A stretch of DNA of 28,288 nt from Fibrobacteria bacterium (GCA_037447435.1 JBBIGR010000055.1:1-28288); one strand, 5' to 3'. Numbered from the stretch's first letter, positions 8,956-18,966 are shown. Notes: a model not told the origin generated them from the letters alone. Program-made: numbers and translations.

Positions 8956-11637
8956 TTATTTGGTAATCACGATCTTTTTGGAAAATTTAAGATCATCGGT
9001 TTGCATCGTGGCATAGTAAACTCCCGCCGGAATTTTGGTTGTCGACACAGTGATCGAATGATCGCCTGCAGCGGCAAAACCCTTTGTGTCCGGTACCATA
9101 CTGGTTTTTATTCCCAGAGAATTGATTAAGGAAAGCGACACCCGTGCCGTATGTGCCAGAGTATAGGAAACAAGAATCGAACCGCTTCGCAATACCGCAT
9201 CGAACCGTATTGGCTTTTGAGCTGTTTGAGATAAATGCCCGACCGATGACGGGGCTACTCCCACTGCTATTTTGATTCCTGAATTATCTATTGTAATGGG
9301 ACTCGCGAATGCTATTTCAAATTCCGAAGTATCGGAAGGGTTCACGGCAATTTTCGCGGCAATGCTCGCCCCGTTTTTGGTGACGGCGACTTGTAACGGC
9401 CCTTGTTTTTTTACATATATCCTTCCAAACTGCATCGGCGAATCGAATTTTACGAACATGTTCTGGATGCCCGTCGCAACATCTTGTTTATAGTCAAGCG
9501 TGCCGCATGATACCGGGTTTATAAGGGGACCATTGACAAGAGAATCCATTTTATATTGAGAACTTGTCGGCAACGACGGTTTCAATCGGAGGATTTTTGC
9601 ATTGACATCTATGGAAAAACCGGTTATTCCGAAAAGTGCGGCAAAACAGGCGGGCGGGTTCATGTAACGGTTTATCCCCCAATCGGTACCTGCGCCGTCT
9701 GCATTGAATTTGCAAGGCATATTGTAAACACGCTTGTATTTGTTGAATGTTATGTTCCAGAACGAATGTAATGCACGCATGGCAATATCCGGGCAATTAT
9801 GCCCGAACCCCGCGCACAAATCGCCGGCCGGATACGCGCAATAGGTAACACAGGTGTTGTTGAAAAATGTTCCTTGCGGGCCATTCCCCGTGCAATTGAC
9901 ATCTGGGTAAGCCTGCATCAGGGCGTAACATGGCGGATTACGCTGGTCAAGACAGGCATCGTTGATCATTTTTAAAGCGCTTTCTATCCTGTTTTCCGGA
10001 TGAAGCGGCCCAAGCCCGCACAAATCCGAGCCCCATTGACCCAACAATCCGCCGTCCCATACTGCTTTTCCATTTGCGCCCGTATTCGTCGAACCCGAAT
10101 AATATCCTTTTCTTCCGCTGCTGCTTTGTCTCGTGGAATCCCAGAACCCGCTGCCGTTATTTTTTTCAAAGCTTGCGGATGTTGCATTGAAATAACCGGC
10201 AAACTTCGCAGAATCGGCAGGCTTGCCGAGCGCAGATGCCGCCGACACCGCAGCTTTCAGGGCGCCGAGATAAATTTCGTTGTCATATTCTTTAGAAGGT
10301 ATGTTCCAATCGCCTCCGGCATTGTCGTACGTGGTCATGTTGTTATCATCCGTAAGTCCGTCGCCGTTATTATCTTCGCCGTGTATCCCATCGATCGCTT
10401 TTGCGATATTGCCGTACAAGCCGTTCAAATTGCTCGTATTTCCGGTCCATTGGTAAGCGCGATACGTTTCAAGAACGAACTTCCCCCCAACGTCCGAACG
10501 TATGCCGTCGGCACCACCGTACAAGTGCGAGAACAAACCATTTCCCCCTTCGCATTCGGCCATACGCGAAACTTGCGACCATTCCGCATCAGGTGCAAAA
10601 AGCCCGAGCGCAAGCGATGCATGAAACGCCTGATCGTTGGTCCCGTACAAACTTTCACTCATTGCCTCCTGCATGCCGTAGGTATTCGGCGTGACCCAGT
10701 CGGTCATGCAATTGTAAACATGCAGGCAATTGACGGCAAGGTCCTTCAGCCACTCGGGTAGATTCGAATTCAATATTTTATTATGCCAATTGTCCACCTT
10801 ACCTTTGAGAATGACGACGCTGTCTATGCCATAGCTGGCAATCGCCTGCGCATCGGTGAAGTATTTCCGATAATATCCGTTGTTAACATTTGTCCATGAA
10901 ACGCAAAAAGCGATGGTCGCGGTCGATTTAGGGGCAACAATGACTCGTTTTGCAAGAATACCCGCATTGCCGTTGTTCAACAGACCGTGTGAGGTGAAGT
11001 CCGAAGCTGTTGAGCCGCAAGTGACACTGTCCGCAGGGTCAGTTTTTGTCGTATCCACCATGACGCAAACCGAACCGCTTTTTATTCCACGTATTACGTT
11101 CCCGCTACGAATAATCGTCGAGTTTGCACCGTTGGATAAGGCTACTGCTACGGTGTCGGATGCGGTTCCGGAATTTTCAATTGTAAAAATGTAGAATGCA
11201 ATGGGCAATGAGGAATTCAAGTTGTCGCCTGTGCAAATTGGCGAGAAGCATTCAAGCCCGATGCTGTCTATAATGTCGCTTTTCATGTATTTCATTTTGA
11301 CCGTTGGCCAATAGCCGGTAAATGTCGTGGTCATGCCGTTGTCCTGCTGTAAATTACCGGAAAACATCGTGCTGCCGCGTTTCTGATAGGCAATGCAAAG
11401 CGGCATTGCTCCGTCATCAGCACCTACCCGGATATATGCTTTGTTATATTTCCCGTCGGGCAAAAAATTGAAATTTCCGGCCCCAATACCCCCAATCGGC
11501 ATACCGAGCACATAATTGCCGTTGGAATTGGTATTTCCCGCCTCCGAACCGGGACAGGTAAATCCAATCGAATTCGAACTTATGATTAATATTGACAAAA
11601 GCGTCATCAACGAAATGGATTTTAATCGATTAACCAT
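8956..11637 (-). CDS. Secreted glycoside hydrolase family 116-like protein (GBA2-type beta-glucosidase fold) with a T9SS-like C-terminal domain
   Basis: N-terminal GMPIGGIGAGNF and FSP...D..NSSLP motifs of the GH116 N-domain; (alpha/alpha)6-type DNNGDGL...TTYD segment; C-terminal AGVYYATM...SKKIVITK. Start set at the ATG at 11637 (GGAAGG upstream). Confidence 0.85.
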   Translation of the reverse strand: MVNRLKSISLMTLLSILIISSNSIGFTCPGSEAGNTNSNGNYVLGMPIGGIGAGNFNFLPDGKYNKAYIRVGADDGAMPLCIAYQKRGSTMFSGNLQQDNGMTTTFTGYWPTVKMKYMKSDIIDSIGLECFSPICTGDNLNSSLPIAFYIFTIENSGTASDTVAVALSNGANSTIIRSGNVIRGIKSGSVCVMVDTTKTDPADSVTCGSTASDFTSHGLLNNGNAGILAKRVIVAPKSTATIAFCVSWTNVNNGYYRKYFTDAQAIASYGIDSVVILKGKVDNWHNKILNSNLPEWLKDLAVNCLHVYNCMTDWVTPNTYGMQEAMSESLYGTNDQAFHASLALGLFAPDAEWSQVSRMAECEGGNGLFSHLYGGADGIRSDVGGKFVLETYRAYQWTGNTSNLNGLYGNIAKAIDGIHGEDNNGDGLTDDNNMTTYDNAGGDWNIPSKEYDNEIYLGALKAAVSAASALGKPADSAKFAGYFNATSASFEKNNGSGFWDSTRQSSSGRKGYYSGSTNTGANGKAVWDGGLLGQWGSDLCGLGPLHPENRIESALKMINDACLDQRNPPCYALMQAYPDVNCTGNGPQGTFFNNTCVTYCAYPAGDLCAGFGHNCPDIAMRALHSFWNITFNKYKRVYNMPCKFNADGAGTDWGINRYMNPPACFAALFGITGFSIDVNAKILRLKPSLPTSSQYKMDSLVNGPLINPVSCGTLDYKQDVATGIQNMFVKFDSPMQFGRIYVKKQGPLQVAVTKNGASIAAKIAVNPSDTSEFEIAFASPITIDNSGIKIAVGVAPSSVGHLSQTAQKPIRFDAVLRSGSILVSYTLAHTARVSLSLINSLGIKTSMVPDTKGFAAAGDHSITVSTTKIPAGVYYATMQTDDLKFSKKIVITK

Positions 11638-11754
11638 TATAGCACCTTCCAATAAAATATTTGCATGCTTTTTAGCATTTAAAAAGACATTTCATAAAAT
11701 TTCCAAAATTCTTTTTAAGATATTAAGAATTAAGATAACGATAAACGGGTTTAT

Positions 11755-11783
11755 TTGCTTAATAAAAGCCTGTTTGCTATAAT
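11755..11783 (+). promoter_or_regulatory. Candidate sigma70 promoter (distal) upstream of the che operon
   Basis: TTGCTT-17 bp-TATAAT with an extended -10 TG (TGCTATAAT). Confidence 0.5.
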
Positions 11784-11935
11784 TTTCGTATTCGAATGGA
11801 ATACTCCATTCAGCAATTAAATTTGGCTTTCCGAGGAATTTTATCACGCCATTCAATCTCGCAAATTCCCCCGTTTTCCGTTCATCGGCAAGCTTTTTGG
11901 TAACCTATTAATGCGAGCGGCCCTGCATTTTCCCC

Positions 11936-11964
11936 TTTACAACACTACATCTGAGGGATATACT
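11936..11964 (+). promoter_or_regulatory. Candidate sigma70 promoter (proximal) for cheA
   Basis: TTTACA-17 bp-TATACT, ending 56 bp upstream of the cheA ATG. Confidence 0.5.
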
Positions 11965-12020
11965 TGGTGCATGGCGTGGATTACCGTCGTTTTCGATATT
12001 TTGTTTTGTAGGAATGCATC

Positions 12021-15000
12021 ATGGCCGATTTAGATATGGTAAAAGAGTTTCTCACCGAATCGGCCGAACATATTGTCAATGCGGAATCGGTAGTTCTTTC
12101 CATAGAGGCAAACGGCGAAAAAATCGATGATGAAAGCATAAACCTTCTGTTTCGTGCCGTCCATACGATCAAAGGGGGGGCCGGATTCTTAGATTTTGTT
12201 AAAATCAAAAACCTATCCCATTCCCTCGAAAATATTGCAGCTGCCCTGCGTGACAAAAAGAAAACGCCCGATCGCATCATAAGCGACTGTTTGCTGCAGG
12301 GTATCGACAAACTGAAACAATTGATAAACAATATCGACGACACGTCCATTACGGTAGACGAAGAAATTCGAAACTGTGAAATGATCATGGGCATCGACCC
12401 TCTTGAGCAGCATAATTCCTTAACTGAAACGGAAAAATCCGGTTTCGACCTGCGAAAAATCGATCTTTCCGAAGCCATAAAAAACCAGCTTCATTGCTTT
12501 GAAATTACCGCGGACCTTATTGCATATTCCCGTGAAAGCTCTTTATCGGGAGAAAACCTTATACTGGCGTTTTCAGAAGTCGGGAAAGTTTTGGCAACAA
12601 ATCGAACTCCGCAGGAAATCAAGGAGCTTATACCCGATGAAAGCGGAAAATTCATTTGCACTTTTTTTGTTTGCACGGTCATAGAAGATGTTTCCATACT
12701 TACGGACGGCGTGTCGATAAATCCCATATCGGTAAAATCATACAATACCAACGAAATCGAAAATGCGCATCGGGCAAAAACGCTCGTTACCGTGAAATGT
12801 CCGCCTTCATCACCGGATTCGGAGGACCGCCATATAGCACCCGAACAATCGGAACTTTTGGCTTCGGGAAAAAACACACAGGCAAAAGTAAACGTCGATT
12901 CGACGGTAAGAATTCCATTGGCCCTTTTGGACCGACTCATGAATTTAGCCAGCGAACTGGTACTGGTTCGCAATCAAAGCGCGCAAGCGGTGAGCAGCAG
13001 AAATCTCCAGCAACTCGTCACTATCAATCAACGGCTCAACGTCGTGACCTCCGACTTGCAAACCAGTATCATGCAAACCCGCATGCGACCGGTAGGCACG
13101 ATTTTTAACCGGTTCACCCGCGTCGTCCGCGATTTGGCTCACAAATTAGGCAAAGAAATATCGCTTGACATTATAGGATCAGACGTGGAGCTCGACAAGA
13201 ATATCATCGAAGCAATCGCCGATCCCATGACGCATTTGGTAAGAAACTCGATCGACCACGGTATCGAAATGCCGCACATACGCCAGGGGGCGGGTAAAAA
13301 TCCCGTCGGCAAAGTCACCATTGGTGCATTCCATCAGGCCGGCCAGGTAAATATTCAAATCGAGGACGACGGAAAAGGCATGGACCCGCAAATTTTGCGA
13401 AAAGTGGCGATCGCAAAAGGCATATTGACGGAAAAACAGGCATCGCTGCTCTCCGACCGCGACGCATTCAACCTTATTTTCGAACCGGGTTTTTCAACTG
13501 CCGAAAAAGTGACTGAAATTTCCGGCCGCGGTGTAGGTATGGATGTGGTTCGCACCAGTTTAAAACGTCTCGGCGGCCTGATTGATATAAAATCAATCAT
13601 CGGACATGGAACGACAATTACCATTAAACTTCCCTTGACCTTGGCCATTATTCCGACTCTTATTGTCGCACTTGAAAACCGTTGCTATGCCATACCGCAA
13701 GCAAATATTGTCGAAGTCGTCTGGTTACACGGCGACCAGATATACCAATCGATCAAAAAAATCGATGAGAGGGAAATTTATTGGCTGCGTGGAAAAATGC
13801 TGCCGCTTGTTCGTCTTTCCGAAGTGCTGCAAGTCCCAACCACGTATTATGACCCCCTCGATGAAACCCTTAAAGAAAACAGACGCGGCGGATTTGCCGA
13901 CCGGCGCGGGGGATCTACGCAAGAGGCGTCCGGTCCCAACCGGACCGGACCAAAAGACCGACGCATTTCCCTGGCGAATAGTCTTTACATAATAGTGCTG
14001 AACCTGGGTACCGAATGGTACGGTCTCATCGTCGACACGATAATTGACGCAGAAGAAATAGTCGTTAAACCGCCTCACGACCCGATTAAGGGTTGCCAGG
14101 TTTATGCGGGCATGACCGTACTTGGCGATGGAAAAATCGCAATGATACTTGATATCGCAAGCGTTGCCCAACTCGGCGGCTTTCTTTATGGTAAATCCGA
14201 AAACGTGCATGTTGCCCGGAGGTCCGATTACGACGACAGACAAACCGTTTTGCTTTTCGATATCGGCGGGACCGAACGATTTGCCGTTCCCCTCTGCCAC
14301 ATAACCCGCGTGGAGGAAATTCCCTGCAGCCGAATTCTTTGGGCAAACGGTCGGGAATATCTGGAATTCAGAGGAAATTCAATTCCGCTTGTTCGGATCG
14401 AGCAGGCTTTTTCATCGCATTCGTCAAAATACGGCACAATGTCGCAATTCGTTATTATTCCGAAGACGTTTCGGCCGATCGGGATAATGGCCGCAAAAAT
14501 TCTCGATTCCATAGATGTTTCCAGTACGATTGACAGCACGACTATTTTCGGAAGCGGCGTCATCGGTTCGCAAATCATCAATGGGAACCTAACGTTGTTC
14601 CTCGATATTTTTTCCATTGTCGAAAAAATCGAACCCGGCTGGTTTAAAGACGAGCAGTACGGTCACTACAACAAAAAGAAAATACTCCTGGTTGACGATT
14701 CCGCATTTTACCGGTCGCTAATCGCCTCCTTTTTAAAGGGCGCGGGAATCGACGTAACCGTTACTGAATCGGCAATTAATGCATTGGAAATTTTAAAAAC
14801 CGCCACATTCGACTGTATAGTCAGTGATATAGAAATGCCGATTATGAACGGATTTGATTTTGCCAGGGCATTACGGACCAGCGAGTCATTCAAAACCATT
14901 CCGCTTCTTGCTATTTCGGCCGGCGATGAAGAAACGATGCGGCCTCAAAGCATGACCAGCGGTTATAATGAGTTCACGTCGAAATTCCGGTTGGAGGGGA

Positions 15001-15050
15001 TTTTGGAATCGGTGATGCATGCAATCGGCAAAGTAGAAAGATCAGTATAA
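12021..15050 (+). CDS. cheA: Hybrid chemotaxis histidine kinase CheA (Hpt-dimerisation-HATPase-CheW-CheW-REC)
   Basis: Hpt FRAVHTIKGGAG; LDRLMNLASELVL; HLVRNSIDHGIE, DDGKG and FEPGFSTAEKVTEISGRGVGMDVV; two CheW domains; C-terminal REC ILLVDDS...VSDIEMP. Confidence 0.96.
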   Translation: MADLDMVKEFLTESAEHIVNAESVVLSIEANGEKIDDESINLLFRAVHTIKGGAGFLDFVKIKNLSHSLENIAAALRDKKKTPDRIISDCLLQGIDKLKQLINNIDDTSITVDEEIRNCEMIMGIDPLEQHNSLTETEKSGFDLRKIDLSEAIKNQLHCFEITADLIAYSRESSLSGENLILAFSEVGKVLATNRTPQEIKELIPDESGKFICTFFVCTVIEDVSILTDGVSINPISVKSYNTNEIENAHRAKTLVTVKCPPSSPDSEDRHIAPEQSELLASGKNTQAKVNVDSTVRIPLALLDRLMNLASELVLVRNQSAQAVSSRNLQQLVTINQRLNVVTSDLQTSIMQTRMRPVGTIFNRFTRVVRDLAHKLGKEISLDIIGSDVELDKNIIEAIADPMTHLVRNSIDHGIEMPHIRQGAGKNPVGKVTIGAFHQAGQVNIQIEDDGKGMDPQILRKVAIAKGILTEKQASLLSDRDAFNLIFEPGFSTAEKVTEISGRGVGMDVVRTSLKRLGGLIDIKSIIGHGTTITIKLPLTLAIIPTLIVALENRCYAIPQANIVEVVWLHGDQIYQSIKKIDEREIYWLRGKMLPLVRLSEVLQVPTTYYDPLDETLKENRRGGFADRRGGSTQEASGPNRTGPKDRRISLANSLYIIVLNLGTEWYGLIVDTIIDAEEIVVKPPHDPIKGCQVYAGMTVLGDGKIAMILDIASVAQLGGFLYGKSENVHVARRSDYDDRQTVLLFDIGGTERFAVPLCHITRVEEIPCSRILWANGREYLEFRGNSIPLVRIEQAFSSHSSKYGTMSQFVIIPKTFRPIGIMAAKILDSIDVSSTIDSTTIFGSGVIGSQIINGNLTLFLDIFSIVEKIEPGWFKDEQYGHYNKKKILLVDDSAFYRSLIASFLKGAGIDVTVTESAINALEILKTATFDCIVSDIEMPIMNGFDFARALRTSESFKTIPLLAISAGDEETMRPQSMTSGYNEFTSKFRLEGILESVMHAIGKVERSV

Positions 15051-15586
15051 TGCAAGCGCAAATGACGACGCAAAAAGAAGTAAAATTCGTTTCCTTTACT
15101 ATCGGCGATTCTCTTTACGGTCTCGATATCCGCTTGGTTAAAGAGGTTAATACGAACACGAATATCACGTATGTTCCTTTGTCCAAACCGCATATCCGAG
15201 GCCTGGTGAATATACGCGGGCAAATAGTCCTGGTTATCGATTCATCGGTTCTTTTTTGCGGCAAGGAGCACGTTCTTAGTCCAAATTCCCATTTAGTAAT
15301 ACTGAAAACAATACAGGATTTCGAACAGGTTGAGGCCGGAAGCGGAATCGACATCAAGACTCTCCCGGATAAACCGATTGCCCTGCTTGTCGACTCTATC
15401 GGCAACGTCCTGTCAACGCCCGCAAATATGCTTGAAAAGCCGCCGCAACATATGAATAAAGATCGTTCAAAATTCGTCCAGAGCGTTTTAAAAACGGATG
15501 CGTTCTTTCTTATCGTTTTAAATCATGAATTGCTTATTGCAGGCGATCATGCTTCCATAGCCAATCAAAATTCTCAAACTGTATAA
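15050..15586 (+). CDS. cheW: Chemotaxis coupling protein CheW
   Basis: [23 protein letters not shown]...[16 protein letters not shown] and [15 protein letters not shown] overlap with the cheA stop. Confidence 0.93.
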   Translation: MQAQMTTQKEVKFVSFTIGDSLYGLDIRLVKEVNTNTNITYVPLSKPHIRGLVNIRGQIVLVIDSSVLFCGKEHVLSPNSHLVILKTIQDFEQVEAGSGIDIKTLPDKPIALLVDSIGNVLSTPANMLEKPPQHMNKDRSKFVQSVLKTDAFFLIVLNHELLIAGDHASIANQNSQTV

Positions 15587-15602
15587 CGGGAGGAGCTCTC
15601 TC

Positions 15603-17003
15603 ATGAAATCAAATAACACCGCAATTTCCGCCCCCATTTTGTCTGCAGGGCTTTGCGGAGTATCCGCGCTGATTCCATTAGTATTATTCGCTGCTAAAAT
15701 CCAAACCAATGTTTCCATTATTTTGGGTCTTTCAGTAGGAGTACTGTGCGTTGCCGGCTGTTTCATCGCGGTTTCTTCTTTACAGAAAAATAAAGGCAGA
15801 ATTCAATCGGCATTGGATTTATTGACAAGTGAACGCGACGCGCTTATAAAAACGTTGGAGACGAAACAAAAATTGTTAATAGAAAAAGTGCAATCGATTT
15901 CGAAAGCAGACACTACCGAGCTGGAATTATGCATTAAAATGCAATCGCAAATAGAAGAAAGCGATAAAGAGGTGCAAAGTGCCGCCGGAATAATCATGGA
16001 ATTGCATAATAACTCTCAATCGCTTGCTACAACATCCGAAGAGATGTCGGCAAATATCACGACGGTCGCAACGGCTGCGGAAGAAATTTCGGCAAATATC
16101 AACAATGTCGCCAATACTGCGGAAGAAATCAGCACGAATATGGCTACCGTAGCAACGACTACCGAAGAAATGTCGACCAATTTCATAACTATTGACGAAG
16201 GCCTTAAATCGATATCCGGATCAATAACGAGCGTGGCAACCATGGCACGCGAAGGCGCAACCGTTGCCTCAAGCGCTGCAAAAGCGGCAGGTGAAACAAC
16301 AAATTCAATGACGCTTCTCGGCAAAAGTGCAGAGGAAATCGGTAAAGTAATTAATGTTATACAAGTTATTGCACAACAAACGAATTTGCTTGCCTTGAAT
16401 GCCGCTATTGAGGCCGCCAGCGCCGGAGAAGCCGGAAAAGGGTTTGCCGTTGTCGCAAACGAAGTAAAAGAACTTGCGAAACAAACAACAAGTGCGACTG
16501 AGGGCATAACGGGAAAAATTCAAAGTATTCAGGAAAATACGCATTCCGCAATCGAAGCGATCCGGAACATTACTGATATTATCGGTAAAATCAATGATTT
16601 TCAAGGTAAAATTTCCTCAATGGTCGATAAGCAAAATCTCGCATCCATCGACATCAGCCATAATGTCTCCGAAGCATCCAAGGGAATCAATCAGATTTCC
16701 AAAAACATTAATGAAGCTGCATATGGCGCAACCAACGTTTCGAAGGGAATAGCCGAAATAGCAACCGGTGCCAGCGATGTTGCTAAAAATGTGGCGGAAG
16801 CCGCATTGGCTGTCACGGAAATGAACTCTAAAATAGCCGAGAACACGGTTATGATCAGTGAAGGAAACCGTTATATAAAACGCGGCACCGATGCGAGCAA
16901 TGCGACAAAGCAAGGGATGAAAGACCTTTTGGTAGCGGTCGATAATGTTTGCGATTGCGTAAGGGAAATCGAAACCATCGCAGATAAAAAACAAATAGAA
17001 TAG
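15603..17003 (+). CDS. Methyl-accepting chemotaxis protein with two N-terminal TM helices and no periplasmic sensor domain
   Basis: Signalling hairpin [48 protein letters not shown]; two closely spaced hydrophobic segments at aa ~8-58. Confidence 0.93.
   Translation: MKSNNTAISAPILSAGLCGVSALIPLVLFAAKIQTNVSIILGLSVGVLCVAGCFIAVSSLQKNKGRIQSALDLLTSERDALIKTLETKQKLLIEKVQSISKADTTELELCIKMQSQIEESDKEVQSAAGIIMELHNNSQSLATTSEEMSANITTVATAAEEISANINNVANTAEEISTNMATVATTTEEMSTNFITIDEGLKSISGSITSVATMAREGATVASSAAKAAGETTNSMTLLGKSAEEIGKVINVIQVIAQQTNLLALNAAIEAASAGEAGKGFAVVANEVKELAKQTTSATEGITGKIQSIQENTHSAIEAIRNITDIIGKINDFQGKISSMVDKQNLASIDISHNVSEASKGINQISKNINEAAYGATNVSKGIAEIATGASDVAKNVAEAALAVTEMNSKIAENTVMISEGNRYIKRGTDASNATKQGMKDLLVAVDNVCDCVREIETIADKKQIE
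16023..16190 (+). repeat. Four tandem 14-aa (42-bp) repeats in the MCP methylation helix
   Basis: [14 protein letters not shown] / [14 protein letters not shown] / [14 protein letters not shown] / [14 protein letters not shown]. Confidence 0.8.
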
Positions 17004-17009
17004 TTTATA

Positions 17010-18125
17010 ATGATCAATGTATTGATAGCCGATCCCGATATTACCTGCAGGGAAATGATTGCAAAATCGCTTTCAACCATTTCCGAATTGAAAATCATAT
17101 GCACGTGTCCTAATGGAAAATCATGCATAGATAAAATAAAAAAACACTGTCCGGAGGTAGTGATCGCCGCAGTGGAGCTCGGCGATATGGACATTGTCAA
17201 GTTCCTTTCCGAAGCAAAGGCCGTTTCGCCGCAAACGGGCATCATCGTCGTGACCCAACCCGACAATCATTCTCATGCCGACCTCGCCGTTACCGCACTC
17301 GGAAGCGGAGCGTTCGATTACCTGGTCAAACCGAGCGCCCAATGTTCGTTCGAACAAGTTCCGCTTATCAATAGGCTATTAGCTCCCAAAATATGGTGTT
17401 TTACCATAAAGCGGTTTTCCGAAATGGCTAAAACAAACGCAGCCGGTCCTGCCGTGCCGCACGATGAGTACCAGGCAAAAAATTTACCGGCCATAAAACA
17501 AGCCCGACTTCCCGCAATTGCGACATCCGGAATAAATGATACGTATCGAGTGGTTCTTATCGGTGTTTCGACAGGCGGCCCCGAAGCATTGACAAAAATG
17601 CTTCCGTTATTTCCGGTAAATTTTCCTTTACCAATTGTTATCGTCTTGCATATGCCGAAATTATTTACCGGCCCGATGGCCAATAATCTCGATGTGAAAT
17701 CGGCAATTTCGGTTCACGAGGCACAGGACAATGATTTATTATTGCCCGGTCATGCCTATTTGGCTCCCGGAGGCATTCACTTGACAATTAACGACGACGG
17801 TCACGGTAACCTGATTGCACGGACCCTGGACGGAAATCCGGAAAACGGATGCAAGCCATCCGTTGATGTTTTATTTCGATCCGCATCGAAAATTGTTAAG
17901 GAAAAAGCCATTGCAGTTATTTTGACCGGAATGGGGGTCGACGGAACAAACGGTGCAAAAGCATTGAAAGCTTTTAACGTACCCATTATCGCGCAAGACG
18001 AAGCAACGTCCGTTGTATGGGGTATGCCCGGCAATATTGTCAAATCCGGATTGACGTCGGCGGTTTTGCCGTTGCTTAAAATCCCCGAAAAAATCACCTC
18101 GATGCTATTCGCTACACATGATTGA
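17010..18125 (+). CDS. cheB: Chemotaxis protein-glutamate methylesterase CheB with a degenerate receiver domain
   Basis: Catalytic motifs IGVSTGGPEAL, VLHMP, PSVDVLF, ILTGMGVDG and AQDEATSVVWGMP are intact. The REC phosphoacceptor position reads VIAAVEL instead of ITLDVEM. Confidence 0.94.
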   Translation: MINVLIADPDITCREMIAKSLSTISELKIICTCPNGKSCIDKIKKHCPEVVIAAVELGDMDIVKFLSEAKAVSPQTGIIVVTQPDNHSHADLAVTALGSGAFDYLVKPSAQCSFEQVPLINRLLAPKIWCFTIKRFSEMAKTNAAGPAVPHDEYQAKNLPAIKQARLPAIATSGINDTYRVVLIGVSTGGPEALTKMLPLFPVNFPLPIVIVLHMPKLFTGPMANNLDVKSAISVHEAQDNDLLLPGHAYLAPGGIHLTINDDGHGNLIARTLDGNPENGCKPSVDVLFRSASKIVKEKAIAVILTGMGVDGTNGAKALKAFNVPIIAQDEATSVVWGMPGNIVKSGLTSAVLPLLKIPEKITSMLFATHD

Positions 18126-18966
18126 AATAACCGACACAGAGTTTGCACTATTGCGTAGCTTCCTGAAAGAAGCGAGCGGAATCGATGTTCCGGACTCAAA
18201 GCGTTACCTTTTTCTCACCCGCCTGGGAAATTTCATGGAATCCCAGAAATGCGCCAGCTTTTCAGAATTGCATACCCGACTTTCGGTTGCGCGGGACGAT
18301 TCGCTCAAACGCAGTTTCATACAGGAAATGACTATTCACGAAAGTTCATTTTTTCGAGACACGTATCCGTTTGTCATTCTTCAAAAGCATTTATTACCGG
18401 CATTGGCGGCGAAACGGCGTGAAACGTCTTCGCTTTTAGCGCCTCGCATCCGAATTTTTTCTGCCGGCTGCAGCCTTGGGCAAGAACCGTATACGATTGC
18501 AATGACCGTTAAAACCTGGCTTGAATCCTACAGGGAATTCAAGCTGGAAAACATCACGATTCTTGCAGGCGACATTTCCGATAAAATATTGGCAAAAGCA
18601 AAAAAAGGTTCGTATACCGACATGGAAATGGGTAATAAAATCCCTGCCGAATATCTTAAACGCTTTTTTATCAAGGAACCGAATGGTTACAGAGTTTGCG
18701 ATGAGATAAAAAGTCTTGTCAGATTTACAACGCTGAATTTATCGGAATTGTTTTTAAACCTGGGAAAATTCGATATTGTTTTCTGCAGAAATGTTGTCAT
18801 ATACTTCCCCATTCCGTTGAAACAAAAAATCTTCAAACAATTCCATCAGCTTATTCCGTCCGATGGTGCATTGTTCCTTGGTTCTACCGAAAGCCTTTAC
18901 CGGATAAGCAATGATTTTGAAACAATAGAAAAGCCAGAAGGCAGGTATTATTCTCCCAAAAAATAA
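18118..18966 (+). CDS. cheR: Chemotaxis protein methyltransferase CheR
   Basis: TIHESSFFRD, RIFSAGCSLGQEPYTIAM, FDIVFCRNVVIYF and GALFLGSTESL; overlaps the cheB end by 8 bp. Confidence 0.95.
   Translation: MIEITDTEFALLRSFLKEASGIDVPDSKRYLFLTRLGNFMESQKCASFSELHTRLSVARDDSLKRSFIQEMTIHESSFFRDTYPFVILQKHLLPALAAKRRETSSLLAPRIRIFSAGCSLGQEPYTIAMTVKTWLESYREFKLENITILAGDISDKILAKAKKGSYTDMEMGNKIPAEYLKRFFIKEPNGYRVCDEIKSLVRFTTLNLSELFLNLGKFDIVFCRNVVIYFPIPLKQKIFKQFHQLIPSDGALFLGSTESLYRISNDFETIEKPEGRYYSPKK

Noticed and set aside
10000..10761. 253-aa plus-strand ORF, and the many other 60-190 aa overlapping ORFs in the track
   Set aside because: They lie antisense to, or out of frame within, well-supported genes and carry no motifs; they are shadow ORFs.
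16023..16190. CRISPR-like or DNA-level tandem array
   Set aside because: The periodicity is a protein-level 14-aa repeat with synonymous divergence; there are no identical repeats with spacers and no cas genes.
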